From the NCBI GenBank assembly GCA_043228905.1, contig JBHGNT010000005.1, positions 10,044,001 through 10,108,000 of the forward strand: DNA of 64,000 bases. Reading direction: 5' to 3'. The DNA comes from Azolla caroliniana (lineage: Eukaryota > Plantae > Polypodiophyta). Position numbers and translations under genes: made by a program. Shown here one piece after another: positions 60,001 to 64,000 of the stretch (its first letter is position 1; each line of letters starts with the position of its first letter). Under the pieces are notes generated by a model. That model was not told the origin of the DNA. It made no database searches and saw only the letters and a list, made by a program, of their open reading frames with translations.

Positions 60001-60804
60001 GACTCGCGCCTTGCTCCCACATTGGGTAGTTGGCGTGTGCGGTTTCAGGTTTGTTTTCTTGTGCGCCGTTGATGTAGCCCCAATACCCTTGGCCGACAAG
60101 ATATTGAATCATCTTGTACTCCCAAGATGAATAGTTGCTTCGGTCTAGCTTTTCGCTAGGGACTGAGCTTCCCATTTGTTTGTTCATGATGATTGTTGTG
60201 TCTTCTGTTTTGTTTTTCTTCTCTTGGTCGCGTAAACGTCCTTCGTAGCGGCACTACGGTAGCGGATAGCGAATAGCCAGGATTTGTCGTCGGCGTCTCG
60301 AACACACAATCACGAATAAGCGGTGGGCTTAGTGGATTTCCTAAACCACGCGCTCTAATACCATGTTAAGTAATTAGGTAATTAACTCGGGTTAATGAGA
60401 GACTAATTATATGGTTACGTTAAGCAGCGGAAGATTAGTATGATATGCGCGTGAGAGTGTGTGAGAGGAAGAGAGAGAGAGTAACTTACACTTATGAACA
60501 CGAAGATAAATGGGGGATGATTGACTATATTGAAAAGTGTCATCAACTTACAAAAATACCCCCAATGAGGTATATATATACAACCCATGTGCAAAGGTGC
60601 ACATGTGTGGGTAGAACATAGGTACGTATGTGTAAGTCTTACATTAAATGTACTAAGGAGTGGAGGATCTAGAATATCCCACTTAAGTACAAGGTCCTAT
60701 TTAAAGGCTTAAGGTCAACACATTAACTAGATTCGATCTAGGTAACTACTAAGTTACATGTGTTGAATAACTAGATTAAACTAGTTAAGCTTGATATCTC
60801 AACA
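57098..60804 (-). mobile_element. Copia family A element lacking RT-RNase H, inserted in the tRNA-Trp array
   Basis: TSD TGTTC; 5' LTR 60364-60804; PBS 60352-60363; 3' LTR 57098-57430 (inner part deleted). Confidence 0.93.
57149..59425 (-). CDS. Copia zinc knuckle-protease-integrase ORF (758 aa) reading through into the LTR
   Basis: CNYCGKIGHREEEC, WFVDYGASHHM, HSDVWGP, LRSDGGKEY, TPQQNGVAERKN; gag N-terminus in ORF 59552-60187. Confidence 0.85.
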   Translation of the reverse strand: MKPPTCNYCGKIGHREEECRKRRSESASTSRQLTNYAVNAEYADYGGLFVMRHRANSMMASDPANSASTSNSEHTWFVDYGASHHMTSHQEWFRDLRTPDRPGYIETGDDTPHPIRHIGDVPFGKEGEQTCIKNVLHVPTITKNLVSVGQIVEQGMQVRFNNEGCFIEKDGRLIAKGRRDGRLFILDSNEVKSAMYTNGLKTETNIELWHKRIGHVNLQRLRGMQSKGVVIGLPAFELKRVDRVCEACQLGKQHRLPFPKERSASKGLLDVMHSDVWGPAQTPTLGGCRYYVTFIDDHSCYAWIYPIKKKSEVLSHFQRLKSQVEKETGRHIRCLRSDGGKEYFSDEFTSYLQGEGICREFSCRHTPQQNGVAERKNRQILKVARAMMREKHMPNFYWAEVASTAVYLMNRCTTNSVHELTPYEIFIGRKPILSHLKVFGSIANVRIPNESREKPDAKSEECILIGYLSTKKAYKCFNPLTRAVRISRDVVFDELASWYKPDATPSDSIEEELNANTNDETRPSPPPKDNPSSTELIGPQEPPRVENTSRPSPTSDKGKGKMPEYDVEVHTDDRDSDDSAWSLDSDFGVPITRTPGVKKALTSTNEKLLRSSRAKTQVTRYAYNEYMAHHYALAMKVVADQEPEDPSLRHRLEGENKAAENRATVDLVLKWDILDAPLLSTFNVGLTHKYLCSTHTCAPLHMGCIYIPHCGYFCKLMTLFNIVNHPPFIFVFISVTYSLSLPLTHSHAHIILIFRCLT

Positions 60805-61607
60805 TGTTCCAATAAAGCTAGGAATTCAAGTCACTAGAAAAAACATGAACTTATTCTTATAATTCATTGTTCAATTACATGCATTTCATGACTTAATTAC
60901 ATTCGAATACTGCTCACAATTCAAGTCACAACAATAGATCTTTGTATCTTGTAATGAACACTACATGAATCGAACATGCAACCTTTTTATCTTGATCCAG
61001 ACACACAGACATTGGTGGATCCCGCTTGTATGCATAAATTGATAGCATAATCTTGTTCGCTAGTACCAAAACATTGCATGCTCCACTGGAATTGAACATG
61101 CAACCTTTTTATCTAGAGTTAAACATGCAAGCATTGCACCGTGGATCCCTGTTGTGTGAACAAATTGATTACACAATCTTGTCCACTAAACCAAAACATA
61201 CCACGCTCCAATGGCATCAAATTGGAAAACGCAAGGCCTTATTCTTATTATCCATTGTTCAATTGCATATATTTCTTGACTTAATAAAGTTTAAATGCAT
61301 CCCACAACTCAACTCACAACATGGGATCTTTCTGTCTTAAAACAACTCTGATGTGAATTGAACATGCAACCTTCTAATATGGACTCAAAAGCCGTGCCAT
61401 TGCACTAGGCACCTCGCTTATCTAAGTTTTTGTTATAGTGTTGTCCCCGACTACCAAAATATTTTATTCTCCAAAAATATTACATTAGAACTAAACATCC
61501 AATTATTCGTGTAATCAACATTGTGAAAGTGCACATTATGCTTGTTTAAATTTTACAAAAATGTGGCCGCAATTCAGATAACAACACAATATCTTAGCAT
61601 GTAGAAA

Positions 61608-61679
61608 TGAACCCGACGTGAATCGAACACGCAACCGTCTCATCTGGAGTTAGACGCGTTGCCATTGCGCCACGGATTC
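61608..61679 (-). tRNA. tRNA-Trp: tRNA-Trp(CCA), near intact, possibly a pseudogene
   Basis: GAATCCGTGGCGCAATGGCAACGCGTCTAACTCCAGATGAGACGGTTGCGTGTTCGATTCACGTCGGGTTCA; acceptor and T stems pair, one mismatch each in the D and anticodon stems. Confidence 0.8.
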
Positions 61680-63884
61680 CGCTTGTGGTTTGATCTCATA
61701 ACCTCGTTGTCAAGTTGGTAAACATTGTGAAACAAATCATCCACCTATTCCTCGAATCAATTGCACGAACTAATTGATTTAATTATACCCCACAACGGCC
61801 GAAGATTCTAGACATAACACTAGATCTATGTATCTTGAAATGAACTAGATGCGAATTAAACATGCAACCTTTCTATCTCAACTCAAATACACATGCATTA
61901 CACCGAGGATCCCTATTGTACATGTTTTGAGGTCAAAACTCTTCCGTAGAAACCAAACCATTGCATACTCCAAAATCATCACATTGGAAAAGAACATAGC
62001 CATATTCCTCAGACCCATTCTTCAATTCCATGTCCTTGTCTACTGAATTTTGTTCCAATAAGGCTGACAATTCAAGTCACAACACAATACCTATGCATCC
62101 TGAAATAACCTCAACATGAATTGGACATGCAACGGTCATAACCTCGTTCCTCTATAGTAAAACATTGCATACTCCAAATCCATCCCACTAGAAAAAACAT
62201 GAACGTATTCTTTTAATTCATTGTTCAATTAAATGTGATTCGTGACTTAATTGCATTCGAATGCAACCCACTATTCAAGTCACAACAATAGATCTTTGTA
62301 TCTTGTAATGAACACGACATGAATCGAACATACAACCTTTTTATCTAGAGTCAGACACACAAGCATTGCATCGTTGATCCCGCTTGTGTGCATAAATTGA
62401 TTGCATAATCTTGTCCACTAGTACCAAAACATAGCATGCTCCAATCGCATCGCATGCAGTTATTCCTCTTATCCATTGTTCGATTGCATATATTTCTCGA
62501 CTTAATAAAGTTCGAATTCATCCCACAACTCAACTCAAAACATGAGATCTTTGTGTCTTAAAAATGACTCTGATGTGAATTGAACATGTAACCTTCTAAT
62601 TTGGACTCAAAAGCCTTGCTATTGCGCTAGGCACCTCGCTTATGTAAGTTTCTGTTATAGTGTTCTGCCCGAGTGCCAAAATATTTTATTCTCCAAAACA
62701 ATCCCATTAGAACTAAACATCCAATTATTCGTTTAATCAAAATAGTGAAAGTGCACATTATGCTTGTTTAAATTTTACAAAAATGTGGCCGCAATTCCAA
62801 TAACAACACAAGATTTTTGCATGTAGAAATGAACCCGACCTGAATCAACCACGCAACCTTCTAATCTAGAACCAGACACGCTACCATTTCGCAACAGATG
62901 CTGCTTGTGGTTTGATGTCATAACCTCGTCCTCAAATAGGCAAACATAATAAAAAAAATCATCCACCTATTCCTCTACTCAATTGCACGAACTAATTGAT
63001 TTTATTGTACTCCACAACGGCCAATAATTCTAGTCATAACACTATATCTATGTAGCTTGAAATGAACTAGACGTGAATCGAACATGCAACCTTTTTATCT
63101 CAAGTCAAACACACATGCATTGCACCGTGGATCCCTATAGGACATGTTTTGAGGTCAAAACTCGTCCGTACAAACCAAACCATTGCATACTTCAAAACCA
63201 TCACATTGGAAAAGAACATAGACTTATTCCTCCAATCCATTCTTCAATTCCATGTCCTAGTCTACTAAATTTTGCTCCAATAACGCTGAGAATTCAAATC
63301 ACAACACAATACCGATGCATCTTGAAATAACCTCAACATGAATTGGACATGCAACGGTTATAACCTCGTTTCTGTATAGTAAGACATTGCATGCTGCAAA
63401 TCCATCCCACTAGAAAAAACATGAACTTATTCTTGTAATTGATTGCATAATCTTGTTAGCTAATGCCAAAACAGTAAATGCTCCATTGGCATCGCATTGG
63501 AAAACCCATGCAGTTATTCCTCGTATCCATTCTTCGATTTCTAATATTTCTTGACTTAATAAAATTCGAATGCATCCACAACTGAACTCACAACATGAGA
63601 TCTTTCTATCTTAAAATGACATTGATATGAATTGAACATGCAACCTTCTAATTTGGACTCAAAAGCTTTGCTATTGCGCTAGGCACCTCGCTTATGTAAG
63701 TTTTTTTTGTGATAGTGTTGTCCCCGAGTGCCAAAATATTTTATTCTCCAAAATAATTACATTAGAATTAAACATCCAATTATTCGTGTAATCAAAATAG
63801 TGCAAGTGCACATTATTCTTGTTTAAATTTTACAAAACTGTGACCGCAATTCCGATAACAACACATGATATTGGCATGTAGAAA

Positions 63885-63956
63885 TGAACCCAACGTGAAT
63901 CGAACACGCAACCTTCTCATCTGGAGTCAGACGCACCACCATTGCACCACATGTCC
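63885..63956 (-). tRNA. tRNA-Trp: tRNA-Trp(CCA) pseudogene
   Basis: CCA anticodon and T arm retained; mismatches in the acceptor and anticodon stems. Confidence 0.72.
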
Positions 63957-64000
63957 CGCTTATGATTTGATATCATAAGCTCGTCCTCAAGTAGGTAAAC

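Larger units (their letters stand above)
60810..64000 (-). repeat. Higher-order tandem array of tRNA-Trp-derived monomers (about 13 copies; runs off the window)
   Basis: tRNA-like cores start at about 60955, 61085, 61343, 61608, 61841, 62106, 62309, 62564, 62830, 63063, 63328, 63616, 63885; higher-order period 1222 bp (61608-62830, 61841-63063). Confidence 0.92.

Noticed and set aside
60810-64000. SINE cluster
   Set aside because: No individual TSDs or tails; the spacers are homologous and periodic, which indicates tandem amplification.

Overview
Gene-free, heterochromatin-like plant DNA (element types suggest an early-diverging land plant; this is inference) built almost entirely from nested transposons. 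Most boundaries can be fixed by target-site duplications (TSD), TG..CA LTR ends, primer-binding sites (PBS) and polypurine tracts (PPT). A chromovirus gag-protease relic is split by a Copia element inflated to 32 kb (10296-42268). That Copia contains a chromovirus, a tRNA-Trp-primed Gypsy-like element and several solo LTRs. The most unusual object is a 9.8-kb DNA transposon (17638-27479, 8-bp TSD, no clear TIRs). It carries a Sola-like DDD transposase and, divergently, a six-exon gene fusing a ParB/Srx-like domain to a beta-class N6A/N4C DNA methyltransferase. The first intron of that gene holds about 14 copies of a 31-bp palindrome at a 51-bp period. Both genes are disabled in this copy. The window ends in a higher-order tandem array of tRNA-Trp(CCA) genes/pseudogenes (about 1.22-kb five-monomer unit), the same tRNA that primes four neighbouring retroelements. 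No host protein-coding gene was found. All domain calls come from motif recognition, not database searches.
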